DNA of 64,000 nucleotides from Sulfuricaulis sp. (GTDB lineage Bacteria; Pseudomonadota; Gammaproteobacteria; Acidiferrobacterales; Sulfurifustaceae): NCBI RefSeq assembly GCF_041499725.1, contig NZ_JBGQKW010000002.1, positions 37,643 to 101,642 of the forward strand, read 5' to 3'. Shown piece by piece: positions 1 to 9,230 of this stretch (position 1 is its first letter; each line of letters starts with the position of its first letter). The notes under the pieces were generated by a model. It saw only the letters and a program-made list of their open reading frames with translations, ran no database searches and was not told where the DNA came from. The position numbers and the translations under genes were made by a program.

Positions 1-424
1 TGAGAGGGAATGTGGCGCCGAGTAGAATGGACTGCGGCAGTATGAATGCTCCGGCAAGGCTCCATTTGAAGAGATTGACTGACCACGGCGAACCCAATGC
101 CGGAATTACCACGGTATATGCTAGATCTGTGGCGCTAACGAAAACTTTGTGGAACACCAAGCCACATACGCCGATCGCCCCTTCAGTCAGGGCATACGCT
201 AAAAGCAGGTTCTTCCACCGCACCGAATAACGACTCGCGAGCCACGATCCGATAGCCATACCGCCCATAAAGATCGTCAGCACCAGCGTTTGGGCATACG
301 CGGCATGACCCAGAAACAGTTTTAAATAGTGACTCCAGATGGATTCATAGATGAGGCCAGAGAAACCGGATACAGCGAAAAGGAAGTAAAACAGATTGCG
401 TCGATATCGTTGGGAATCGGCCAT
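1..424 (-). CDS. Fused MFS/spermidine synthase-like membrane protein, N-terminal part (runs off left edge; absent from ORF track)
   Basis: Manual translation from ATG at 424 (AAGGA upstream): MADSQRYRRNLFYFLFAVSGFSGLIYESIWSHYLKLFLGHAAYAQTLVLTIFMGGMAIGSW..., open to the window edge; typical N-terminus of this family. Confidence 0.8.
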   Translation of the reverse strand, partial: MADSQRYRRNLFYFLFAVSGFSGLIYESIWSHYLKLFLGHAAYAQTLVLTIFMGGMAIGSWLASRYSVRWKNLLLAYALTEGAIGVCGLVFHKVFVSATDLAYTVVIPALGSPWSVNLFKWSLAGAFILPQSILLGATFPL

Positions 425-840
425 AGACTTGGCTTCCTTTTATATATGTTTATTTGTCTCTACAAGCTGCCTAGACAGTGTAGTCAATACACCACGCAAT
501 TATATGTAAACCTATGCATGGCGAATTCTTACATCACGCAGCACCGTGCGGTTTCCCGAGAAACCGGCTGGGATCGGCGCCGACGGCGATGACTCGCGGC
601 TTACGTGCTCGGAGGGTTTGGCCCGCGGGGTAGGCCTGAACGCGGTGACCCCGAACGGACCATGACGAGTATCCCGATTCGTTCGTCATGGGGAGGCTTC
701 CGGCCTGTCACTGCCAGCGTGACCCATTCGTGACACACTCCAGATTACTCCTGGATACTGCTGGACATCTGAGTCGTGCGAACGCTGAGCCTGGGTGCAT
801 AATGTGTTGATCGGCATGGCCGCAGATTCTGCGGATGAGT

Positions 841-885
841 TTCGCAATACAGCGGTCGACGGTTCGACCCCCCTCCGCTCCACCA
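841..885 (+). pseudogene. 3' half of a tRNA-Ala(CGC)-like gene (att-site remnant)
   Basis: TTCGCAA anticodon loop, GGTC, GGTTCGA T-loop and CCGCTCCACCA acceptor end; no D-arm or 5' acceptor strand upstream; T-stem imperfect. Confidence 0.65.
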
Positions 886-893
886 ATACCGAG

Positions 894-920
894 AATGGCC
901 GGAAATCCCGGCCATTTTTT
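894..920 (+). terminator. Rho-independent terminator after the tRNA fragment
   Basis: AATGGCCGG/CCGGCCATT stem followed by T run. Confidence 0.7.
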
Positions 921-1049
921 GTGCGGGGCAGCACACCATATCAGCACATCGCTCATGCCGCCCCCCGGCGCGACGTGCCTGGCTCCACTTGGTTCGGATG
1001 CTCGTTGCGGCTGCTAATCCCGCCGCCCGCCCTGCTAGAATAGCGGCAC

Positions 1050-1125
1050 GCCCCGGTAGCTCAGTGGATAGAGCGGCCGCCTCCTAAGCGGCAGGTCGCC
1101 GGTTCAACTCCGGTCTGGGGCACCA
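1050..1125 (+). tRNA. tRNA-Arg (anticodon CCT)
   Basis: 76-nt cloverleaf: GCCCCGG/CTGGGGC acceptor, TAGCTCAG D-arm, GCCGC-CTCCTAA-GCGGC anticodon arm, GGTTCAA T-loop, encoded CCA. Confidence 0.95.
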
Positions 1126-1170
1126 GCTTCAAAGATTGATGTATCTTCAACCTTTCTTGGGGAGGCCGGT

Positions 1171-1782
1171 TTGCTGGAAGCGGTAGATCTTGAATGCGTG
1201 CGCGGCGATCGGCCGTTGTTCAGCCATCTTTCTTTCCGTCTCAAGCCGGGTGAGCTGATGCACGTCACCGGCGTCAACGGCAGCGGCAAGACTACGCTGC
1301 TGCGCACGCTCTGTGGATTGACGCACGCCGCCGCGGGCGAGGTGCGCTGGAACGGCTCTACCATTCAGGAGTTGGGCGACGACTATCGCGGCCAGCTCGC
1401 CTACGTCGGTCACAGCAACGGCATCCAGGGCGAGCTGACGGCGGAGGAAAATCTGCGCGCCGCCGCCTGCCTCGGCACCGCCGCCGATACGACGCGTATC
1501 CAGGAGACACTGGAGCGCCTTGGGCTCGCGCCGTACCGGCACTTCCCTTCCAAGGTCCTGTCGCAGGGTCAGAAGCGCCGCCTCGCGCTCGCGCGGCTCG
1601 CGATCCTGCGGAAATCGTTGTGGATCCTGGACGAGCCCTTGAGCGCGCTCGACGTGAACTCGGTGGCCCTGATGACGGAAATCCTGATGGAGCATCTCGC
1701 CCGGGATGGGTTGATCATCATGACATCGCATCAGGATATCGGCGTCGAAACAAAAACCATGCTACAGCTGCAACTCGACTGA
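1171..1782 (+). CDS. ccmA: Heme ABC exporter ATPase CcmA
   Basis: Walker A GVNGSGKTT, LSQGQKRR signature, WILDEP Walker B; first gene of ccm run. Confidence 0.95.
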   Translation: MLEAVDLECVRGDRPLFSHLSFRLKPGELMHVTGVNGSGKTTLLRTLCGLTHAAAGEVRWNGSTIQELGDDYRGQLAYVGHSNGIQGELTAEENLRAAACLGTAADTTRIQETLERLGLAPYRHFPSKVLSQGQKRRLALARLAILRKSLWILDEPLSALDVNSVALMTEILMEHLARDGLIIMTSHQDIGVETKTMLQLQLD

Positions 1783-1783
1783 C

Positions 1784-2461
1784 GTGCCCGGTTTCCTGAA
1801 AGCCATCGGCTGCCTCCTACGGCGCGACCTGACCGTCGCACTGCGCCGCAGCACCGACGTGCTCACGCCGCTGGTATTTTTCATTATCGTCGTGAGCCTG
1901 TTTCCGCTCGGCCTCGGTCCCGAACCCGCGGTCCTGCGAACCATCGCCCCCGGCGTCATCTGGGTGGCAGCGCTGCTCGCCACCATGCTCTCGCTCAACC
2001 GGCTGTTCGCCAATGATCACGCCGATGGCACGCTCGAACAGATGGCGTTGTCACCCCACCCGCTCACCATCCTGGTATTGACCAAGGTCGCCGCCCACTG
2101 GATGCTGACCGGCCTGCCGCTGGTGTTGATCTCGCCGCTGCTCGCGGTGCAGATGAATCTGCCGGAATCGGCCATGGGCACGCTTATCCTCTCGCTGCTG
2201 CTCGGCACGCCGGTCCTGAGCCTGCTCGGCGCCGTCGGCGCGGCGTTGACGCTCGGCCTGCGCGGCGGCGGCGTGCTGGTTTCGCTGCTGGTACTGCCGT
2301 TGTATACTCCGGTTCTGATTTTCGGCGCCGGTGCCGTCGCGGGCGTGATCGCCGGCATTGACATCGAAGCGCATTTTTCCTTGCTGGCCGCCTTTCTCGC
2401 GTTAGCCCTGACGTTGGCACCCTGGGCCGCCGCCGCGGCATTGCGCGTTTCCCTGGATTGA
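1784..2461 (+). CDS. ccmB: Heme exporter permease CcmB
   Basis: Hydrophobic; PGVIWVAALLA and DGTLEQ motifs. Confidence 0.95.
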   Translation: MPGFLKAIGCLLRRDLTVALRRSTDVLTPLVFFIIVVSLFPLGLGPEPAVLRTIAPGVIWVAALLATMLSLNRLFANDHADGTLEQMALSPHPLTILVLTKVAAHWMLTGLPLVLISPLLAVQMNLPESAMGTLILSLLLGTPVLSLLGAVGAALTLGLRGGGVLVSLLVLPLYTPVLIFGAGAVAGVIAGIDIEAHFSLLAAFLALALTLAPWAAAAALRVSLD

Positions 2462-2464
2462 CAC

Positions 2465-3202
2465 ATGCAATACATGCATAAGTACGCCTCACCCAAATTC
2501 TTCTACACCCTGGCAGGACAACTGACTCCGTGGATAGCGGCACTGACCACCCTGCTGCTGGTCGTGGGGCTCTATCTCGGCCTGTTCGTGGCCCCCGCCG
2601 ATTATCAGCAGGGCGAAAGTTATCGCATCATGTTCATCCACGTGCCCGCCGCGTGGATGTCCATGTTCATCTACGTGTGCATGGCCGGCGCCGGGGCCAT
2701 CGCGCTGGTCTGGAACGTCAAGCTCTTCGAGATGTTCGCCGGCAACTGCGCACCCGTCGGCGCCTCGTTCACCTTCCTGGCGCTGGTGACGGGCTCGCTG
2801 TGGGGCAAACCGATGTGGGGTACGTGGTGGGCCTGGGACGCGCGCCTGACCTCGGAACTTATCCTGTTTTTCCTGTACATAGGCTACATGGCATTAGAAG
2901 CCAGCATTGACGATCCGCGGCGCGCGGCGCGCGCCTCCGCGATCCTGGCGCTGGTCGGCGTGGTCAACATTCCCGTCATCCACTTCTCGGTGGAGTGGTG
3001 GAACACGCTGCATCAGCCGGCCTCGGTAACCAAAATGGGGACGCCCTCGATTCATCCGAGCATGCTCGCTCCCTTGCTGCTGATGTCCCTGGGCTTTACC
3101 TTCTATTTCTTTACGGTGGCGTTGATGCGCATGCGTAATGAAATCCTGGAGCGGGAACGGCATACCACGTGGGTAGCGCAACTGCTGGGGTCCAAGTCAT
3201 GA
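2465..3202 (+). CDS. ccmC: Heme exporter CcmC
   Basis: HVPAAW and WGTWWAWD (WWD) motifs. Confidence 0.95.
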   Translation: MQYMHKYASPKFFYTLAGQLTPWIAALTTLLLVVGLYLGLFVAPADYQQGESYRIMFIHVPAAWMSMFIYVCMAGAGAIALVWNVKLFEMFAGNCAPVGASFTFLALVTGSLWGKPMWGTWWAWDARLTSELILFFLYIGYMALEASIDDPRRAARASAILALVGVVNIPVIHFSVEWWNTLHQPASVTKMGTPSIHPSMLAPLLLMSLGFTFYFFTVALMRMRNEILERERHTTWVAQLLGSKS

Positions 3203-3369
3203 ACTGGTCGGAGTTCTTCCACATGGGTGGTTACGGCTTTTATGTCTGGAGTTCTTATGGACTCGCCCTGCTGGTTCTGCTCCTAAATCTCTATTTGCCG
3301 CTGCGCCGACGCAAGACGGTCCGGCGCCTGCTGCACGAATTTCTGCGACTCAAGGAACAAACCCGATGA
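3199..3369 (+). CDS. ccmD: Heme exporter protein CcmD
   Basis: MNWSEFFHMGGYGFYVWSSYG, one TM helix, basic tail; ATG overlaps ccmC stop. Confidence 0.9.
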   Translation: MNWSEFFHMGGYGFYVWSSYGLALLVLLLNLYLPLRRRKTVRRLLHEFLRLKEQTR

Positions 3370-3818
3370 AGACAAGACACAAGCGCCTGGCGATCATCGT
3401 CACCGGCGTGGTCGGACTGACCGTTGCCGGCCTGTTCGTATTGAATGCCTTCCGCAGCAACCTCGTGTTCTTCTACTCGCCCACGGAAGTACTGGGAGGC
3501 AAGGTCGCCACCAACAAGACCATCCGCATCGGTGGCCTGGTGGAAAAAGGCTCCGTGCAGCGTTCGCCGGACGGTCTCAAAGTCGACTTCGTCGTCACCG
3601 ACCTCAACAAGAAGCTGCCGGTGCACTACGAAGGCATCCTGCCAGATTTGTTTCGTGAAGGTCAGGGCGTCGTGGCGCAGGGACGGCTACAGGCAGGCAA
3701 TGCCTTTACCGCCAGCGAAGTGCTGGCCAAGCACGATGAGAAATACATGCCTCCGGAGGCCGCTCAGGCCCTGAAGGGCGGAACCTTTGCGCCGGGCAGC
3801 GAGGTGAAGAAGCCATGA
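3366..3818 (+). CDS. ccmE: Heme chaperone CcmE
   Basis: LPDLFREGQG and LAKHDEKY (heme-binding HxxxY) motifs. Confidence 0.95.
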   Translation: MKTRHKRLAIIVTGVVGLTVAGLFVLNAFRSNLVFFYSPTEVLGGKVATNKTIRIGGLVEKGSVQRSPDGLKVDFVVTDLNKKLPVHYEGILPDLFREGQGVVAQGRLQAGNAFTASEVLAKHDEKYMPPEAAQALKGGTFAPGSEVKKP

Positions 3819-4336
3819 AGAAATATATCGTACCCCTCGTCATCTTCGTGGCGTTGGGCCTGCTGCTTGCCTACGGACTGAATCTCGATCCGCGTCGCAT
3901 CCCGTCACCGCTGATCGGCAAACCTCTCCCGGCCTTTTCGCTGACTACCGTCGCCGATCCCGCGCGTAAGGTGAGCCGTGATGATCTGCACGGGCGCGTC
4001 TACCTGCTCAGTGTCTGGGCCTCGTGGTGCGTTGCCTGCCGCGAGGAACATCCTCTCCTCAACGAACTCACCAGCCGCAAGGCCGTGACCATTATCGGTC
4101 TCAATTACAAGGACAACCGCGAGGACGCGCTGCAATGGCTGGGAGCCCTTGGCAATCCTTACGAACTGAGCCTCAGCGACCGGGACGGAAGACTCGGTAT
4201 CGATCTTGGCGTCTACGGCGTGCCGGAAACCTTCGTGATCGACAAACAAGGCGTCATCCGCTACAAGCAGATCGGTCCGATGACGCCGGAAGTGTGGGAA
4301 CAGAAGCTGGCGCCGTTGATTAAAGAGCTTTCCTAA
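3815..4336 (+). CDS. ccmG: Thiol:disulfide interchange protein CcmG/DsbE
   Basis: WASWCVAC thioredoxin motif, GVYGVPETF. Confidence 0.93.
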   Translation: MKKYIVPLVIFVALGLLLAYGLNLDPRRIPSPLIGKPLPAFSLTTVADPARKVSRDDLHGRVYLLSVWASWCVACREEHPLLNELTSRKAVTIIGLNYKDNREDALQWLGALGNPYELSLSDRDGRLGIDLGVYGVPETFVIDKQGVIRYKQIGPMTPEVWEQKLAPLIKELS

Positions 4337-4360
4337 TTGAATCGCTTTTCGGCGATAATA

Positions 4361-4828
4361 AAAATCTAATTGCGGGTAGCTCCGCCCCTGCACGCTTCCT
4401 GTCGAACGGCCTGCGGCCGCGTGATGTGAATCTGGAATGCTCCGCCCCCGACCCAGGATGGCGCAAAAACTCCCTCGCCTCCTCCCTTCGGGGCACTTGC
4501 CCAAAGCCTTGCGGTGCTCATATGCGCCATACGGGGTTTCAAAAAAACCCACTCTTGCCAACCGCCCCGACGGAACAGGTCGGCAGGGTTTTTGAGGCCC
4601 CGTAGCCGCCGCCGAGCATCGCAGGGAAAATCGGGAGAAGCGAGCCTCGTGTTTGAGCCCGAGGCGCGTTGTTCAGCGCCCGGCGAGTTAGGCGAGCGCC
4701 GATTTTCCCGAGAAGCGCAGGAAGGGGTCGGCGGCTCCGGGGGGTCCTTCTCTTTGGTGACTTTCTCTTGGACAAGCAAGAGAAAGTCACCCAGGGTGCA
4801 GGGGCGGAGCCACCCGCCATTAGGTTTT
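4361..4828. mobile_element. MITE-like non-coding element with 33-bp imperfect terminal inverted repeats
   Basis: 4361-4393 AAAATCTAATTGCGGGTAGCTCCGCCCCTGCAC vs reverse complement of 4796-4828 (3 mismatches); internal perfect 14-bp hairpin 4757-4790; no transposase. Confidence 0.6.
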
Positions 4829-4861
4829 GAGATCGCGCGCAAAGCGCGCGAAACATTCAAA

Positions 4862-4890
4862 GCCTGGATCTCCGCCTTCGCGGAGATGAC
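4862..4890. repeat. REP-type palindrome
   Basis: GCCTGGATCTCCGCCTTCGCGGAGATGAC, like CTGGATTCCCGCCTGCGCGGGAATGAC-type REPs. Confidence 0.6.
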
Positions 4891-4917
4891 AAGCCAGCTG
4901 CCCGGTACGAGCGGCGC

Positions 4918-6219
4918 TCATGCGGTTCCGTACTTCGTCTCCACCATTACCCCAATCTCCTTCAGAAATGGAGTTGGCAACACACCGCCGACACTGACAA
5001 TCACGGCATCGTTTTTGATCTCCACCATTTTTCCGGCATGATCGAGCGTAACTTTGTCCGGCTCGATTTTTTTCACATTCGACTGTAACAACACTTTGAT
5101 CCGCCCTTTCTTCCCGGCTTCCTGAAGTCGCTGACGGTTTTTTTCCTTCACACGTCCGAAGGCCTCGCCACGGTAGGAAAGCGTCACGGTGGTGCCCGGC
5201 TCATCTGCGATGGCGAGCGCCGCTTCGAGCGCGCTGTCGCCGCCGCCGACGACCAGAACGTGTCGGCGGCGGTATTGCTCCGGATCAATGAGGTTGTAGA
5301 CGACTTTCGGGAGTTCCTCGCCCGGTACATCGAGCTTGCGCGGCGTGCCGCGCCGACCGATGGCAAGTAGGACGGCCCTGGTTTCATACGAGTTGCGCGA
5401 GGTTTTTACAATAAACCCGTTTCCTTTCTTGGTGATTGTCTCCATGCGCTCGCTGTAATTAATCTTGAGCCCGGTCTTTTTGGCCGCGCCCTGCCAGAAC
5501 TCCAGCAGCGCCTCTTTACTGATCTCGCTCATCTTTACCTTGCCGATAATAGGCAACCGCATCGGCGCGGTCATGACAAGCTTGTTGCGCGGGTAGTGAT
5601 ACACCGCGCCGCCGAGCGAGTCTTCCTGTTCCACGGTGGCGGACCGCAATTTGTGCTCCATCGCGCCCAGCGTGGCGGCCAGGCCGGCCGGTCCTGCGCC
5701 AACGACGACCACGTCGAGCGGGAAATTCCTGTCCTTCAATTTTCGGATGGATTCTATTGCCTGACGGCCCTGTTCCACCGCTTTGCGGGTGAGCCCCATG
5801 CCGCCGAGTTCCCCGGCGATGAAGATTCCCGGCACATTGGTTTCGAAATTCGGATTGACCCGGGGAATATCCAGGCCACGCTTGGCGGTGCCGAAAACAA
5901 GCGTGATGGCGTCATGCGGGCATGCCGTCATGCACGCGCCGTGGCCGATACATACGGTGGGTTTCACCAGATGTCCCTTGCCTTTTATGAGGCCGATGGC
6001 CTGCTCCGGACAAGCGGTGACACAAGCGCCGGAACCGATACAGCGATTCGGATCGAACACCGGATGCAGCGAAGCCGGCTCCGTCAGCCCGGCTTCCACT
6101 GACTCTTTCATCTGCGTGACGTGATGTTGTTCCTTTTTTCCATGGCGGCGCAGGTAAAAAAACAGCACCAAGGCCAGCGGGAGGAGATAAATCAGATATC
6201 CAGTCACATTCTGTTCCAT
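4918..6219 (-). CDS. Membrane-anchored ferredoxin-like Fe-S domain fused to TrxB-fold FAD/NAD(P) oxidoreductase
   Basis: N-terminal TM helix; CIGSGACVTACP and CIGHGACMTACP motifs; GAGPAG FAD motif; GGGDSA...SYR nucleotide site. Confidence 0.85.
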   Translation of the reverse strand: MEQNVTGYLIYLLPLALVLFFYLRRHGKKEQHHVTQMKESVEAGLTEPASLHPVFDPNRCIGSGACVTACPEQAIGLIKGKGHLVKPTVCIGHGACMTACPHDAITLVFGTAKRGLDIPRVNPNFETNVPGIFIAGELGGMGLTRKAVEQGRQAIESIRKLKDRNFPLDVVVVGAGPAGLAATLGAMEHKLRSATVEQEDSLGGAVYHYPRNKLVMTAPMRLPIIGKVKMSEISKEALLEFWQGAAKKTGLKINYSERMETITKKGNGFIVKTSRNSYETRAVLLAIGRRGTPRKLDVPGEELPKVVYNLIDPEQYRRRHVLVVGGGDSALEAALAIADEPGTTVTLSYRGEAFGRVKEKNRQRLQEAGKKGRIKVLLQSNVKKIEPDKVTLDHAGKMVEIKNDAVIVSVGGVLPTPFLKEIGVMVETKYGTA

Positions 6220-6463
6220 GAATAACTACGATCGTCCCATGCCTATAAATAATACTAGCCACGGCACAGCCACTGGCCAGCCACTAGTCTGCCAAAACCC
6301 GCGTTTCATACTGTTAATCATGGCATTTCGGGCCCTGACATTCTTTAATTGCATGTAATGGAATAGTTTTATGCTCCCGCGGCGGCGGCCATACGTGCCG
6401 CCGGGGTCATGGAGTTAAGGATACATCATTAATAATAATTGTCCCGCCTCCGGGCGGAAGTAG

Positions 6464-7387
6464 TTGCATGGGAGAACGATGGGTCACGAACAGGCGATCA
6501 TACGTACCGCCAAGATACCGGCGCGGCCATCCGAGAAATCCGAAACGCGCCGCGGAATGCCGCGATCAGTCGCCGTTTTACCGGTAACGGTGTTGCTGTT
6601 GCTCGCCGTCTGGGCGGTGCGCGAAGGCCACTACTACGAACCGGGCGACGATTTCGGTTACTACCTCGGCGTCGTCGGCGGCGTGATGATGCTCGTCTTG
6701 TTGCTTTATTCGTTGCGCAAGCACATTCACTTCATGCGCAACTGGGGAGCCACCAAACACTGGTTCCGGGTGCACATGATCCTGGGCATCGCCGGACCGA
6801 CCTTGATACTTTTCCACTCCACGTTTCGTGTCGGCTCGGTGAATGCAACGGTCGCGCTCGGCTGCATGCTGCTGGTGGCCGGCAGCGGGATCATCGGCCG
6901 AGTCATTTACCGCAAGATCCATCACGGGCTCTATGGCCGCAGCGCCACCTTGCAGGAGGTTCAGACGAACCTCGGCATCATCGGAGGCGACGTAAAATCC
7001 AAATTTCATTTCTCCCCCCCTATCGAGAAGCGTCTGAAAAAATTCGAGGCCTCCACGCTCGCCGAACACCATGGCGTCTGGTCGCGGATCTGGTCTTTTG
7101 TCACCGTGGGGATGCTCGCCGGCTGGACATACTATACGGTCACCCGGGATCTGGAACGCCTCGGACGCACCCATGCCGACGAGCACGGATGGGACTCCGT
7201 CAAGCTTGAGAAACGCTTGGGGGCCGGAAAGATGGCAATCCGGATATATCTGGATGCCGTCGTCGACGTGGCGCGGTTCAATGCCTATGAACGGCTGTTC
7301 TCACTGTGGCACATCCTCCATGTCCCGTTCGTGTTCATGCTGATCATCAGTGGGATCGCGCATGTCATTGCCGTGCACATGTATTGA
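6464..7387 (+). CDS. His-rich inner-membrane protein, probable b-heme quinone oxidoreductase (PCC3-type IMP); start may be 6479
   Basis: Several TM helices; His in HWFRVHMILG, LILFHS, LWHILHVP, IAHVIAVHMY; directly upstream of multiheme genes. Confidence 0.75.
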   Translation: MHGRTMGHEQAIIRTAKIPARPSEKSETRRGMPRSVAVLPVTVLLLLAVWAVREGHYYEPGDDFGYYLGVVGGVMMLVLLLYSLRKHIHFMRNWGATKHWFRVHMILGIAGPTLILFHSTFRVGSVNATVALGCMLLVAGSGIIGRVIYRKIHHGLYGRSATLQEVQTNLGIIGGDVKSKFHFSPPIEKRLKKFEASTLAEHHGVWSRIWSFVTVGMLAGWTYYTVTRDLERLGRTHADEHGWDSVKLEKRLGAGKMAIRIYLDAVVDVARFNAYERLFSLWHILHVPFVFMLIISGIAHVIAVHMY

Positions 7388-9207
7388 TACCATCGGAAAC
7401 AACGGGCTTGTTACGAACCTTCATCACATGGCTCACGATCGGTTTTTCTCTCGTCTTCCTGCCAGCGTCCTCTCGTGCCGAATCCCTCGAGAGCGTGCTC
7501 ATGCCGGGCAAGGTGATTGAAGGCCATGCGGACCTCGAGACTAACTGCAAGATCTGCCACGCGCGTTTCAAGAAATCCGCGCAAAATGCCCTGTGCCTGG
7601 ACTGCCACAAGGATGTCGCCAAGGATGTTGCCCAGAAACAAGGCTATCACGGCCGCCTTGCAGAGCAGGAGTGCCGGGTGTGCCACACCGAACACAAGGG
7701 GCGCACGATGAACATCGCGCCATTGGACGAAAAATCCTTCGACCACAAGCTCACGGACTTCCTGCTCAAGGGCGGGCACGCGAGCGCGAAAGTTTCGTGC
7801 CGCGATTGCCACAAGCCAAAGGCCAAGTTCCGCGACGCACCGTCAGACTGCTTTGCGTGCCACAAGAAGGATGACAAACACAAAGGCAGCCTGGGCACCC
7901 AGTGCGCCGACTGTCACCAGGAAAGCGACTGGAAGAAAACCCTTTTTGATCACAGCAAGACGAAATTCCCGCTAACCGGAAAACACCGTGACGTCGTCTG
8001 CAAGGACTGCCACGCTGATCCCAAATTCAAGGGCGCCCCGACGGCTTGCGTCGCCTGTCACAAGAAAGACGATGAACACAAGGGAAAGTTCGGCACCAAG
8101 TGCGAGAGCTGCCACACCGACCGGGAGTGGAAGACGATCATCTTCAACCACGACAAGGATACAAAATACCCCTTGCGTGGGAAACATCGTCTGGCGGCAT
8201 GCACCACTTGCCATACCGGTTTCTTATATCAGGAGAAGCTCAAAACCGCCTGCGTGGCCTGCCACAAGAATGACGATGACAAGAAAGGCCACAAGGGACG
8301 CTTCGGCGAGAAGTGCGAGGCCTGCCACACTGAAAAGGATTGGACCATCACCACCTTTGACCATGACCGCGACACGAAATACCCGCTGCGCGGAAAGCAC
8401 ATCCAGGCCAAATGCGCGAGCTGCCATACCGGTTCCTTATATCAGGAGAAGCTCAAAACCGCTTGTGTCGCCTGCCACAAGAGCGACGACGACAAGAAAG
8501 GACACAAGGGACGCTTCGGCGAGAAGTGCGAGTCCTGCCATGTGGAGAAGGACTGGAAGGCCGCCACGTTCAACCATGACCGCGATACGAAATACGTTCT
8601 GCGTGGCAAACACATTACGGCCAAGTGTGAGTCCTGCCATACCGGCTTTCTATTCAAAGAAAAGCTGCAAACGATATGCATCGCCTGCCACGAGAAGGAC
8701 GACAAGCACAAGGGCCAGGAAGGCAAGAAATGCGAGTCCTGTCACAACGAGCGTGACTGGAAGGCCTCTAAGATCGACCACGGGCTTACCCGCTTTCCGC
8801 TACTGGGCAAGCATGCCGGTGTGGAATGCAAGAAGTGCCATATGACATCCGCCTTCAAGGACGCGGGCATTGCCTGCGTCGCCTGTCATGAGAAAGACGA
8901 CAAGCACAAGTTCAAGCTCGGACCGCGCTGCGAAACCTGCCACAACGCCCTGTCGTGGAGAGCCTGGCGCTTCGATCACAACAAGCAGACCTCATACAAG
9001 CTCGACGGTGGACACGAACGCATCGTCTGCGAAGCCTGCCACAACAAACCCATGCCAAGAAAAGTGACGCTGAGCAACACTTGCAGCAGCTGCCACGAGG
9101 CTGATGACGTACACAATGGCGGCTTTGGAAAATATTGCGAACGATGCCATGTTACCAGTTCATTCAAGAAAATTCGCGCGGGAGTCGGTGGTGCGGCGGT
9201 TCATTAA
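7384..9207 (+). CDS. 24-heme periplasmic c-type cytochrome (cytochrome c3-like repeats); start uncertain (TTG 7384 or 7408)
   Basis: 24 CxxCH counted by hand in eight three-heme modules; signal peptide ending S-R-A; Lys-rich. Confidence 0.92.
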   Translation: MIPSETTGLLRTFITWLTIGFSLVFLPASSRAESLESVLMPGKVIEGHADLETNCKICHARFKKSAQNALCLDCHKDVAKDVAQKQGYHGRLAEQECRVCHTEHKGRTMNIAPLDEKSFDHKLTDFLLKGGHASAKVSCRDCHKPKAKFRDAPSDCFACHKKDDKHKGSLGTQCADCHQESDWKKTLFDHSKTKFPLTGKHRDVVCKDCHADPKFKGAPTACVACHKKDDEHKGKFGTKCESCHTDREWKTIIFNHDKDTKYPLRGKHRLAACTTCHTGFLYQEKLKTACVACHKNDDDKKGHKGRFGEKCEACHTEKDWTITTFDHDRDTKYPLRGKHIQAKCASCHTGSLYQEKLKTACVACHKSDDDKKGHKGRFGEKCESCHVEKDWKAATFNHDRDTKYVLRGKHITAKCESCHTGFLFKEKLQTICIACHEKDDKHKGQEGKKCESCHNERDWKASKIDHGLTRFPLLGKHAGVECKKCHMTSAFKDAGIACVACHEKDDKHKFKLGPRCETCHNALSWRAWRFDHNKQTSYKLDGGHERIVCEACHNKPMPRKVTLSNTCSSCHEADDVHNGGFGKYCERCHVTSSFKKIRAGVGGAAVH

Positions 9208-9230
9208 AAATCTGGATTGAGGAATTGACT

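Noticed and set aside
329-592. 87-aa plus-strand ORF
   Set aside because: Overlaps the better-supported minus-strand MFS/spermidine synthase start and its promoter.
4366-5041. ORFs 4366-4860, 4514-5041 and 4539-4856
   Set aside because: They are translations of the palindromic MITE-like element with no protein-like features.
6277-6297. Sigma-54-like GG-N10-GC site upstream of the oxidoreductase
   Set aside because: The -12 element (TGGCT) deviates from TTGC; too weak to call.
7306-7383. Upstream in-frame start of the 24-heme gene containing a CHC/H-rich stretch
   Set aside because: Overlaps the 3' end of the membrane-protein gene; the signal peptide begins after 7384 and the stretch has no CxxCH.
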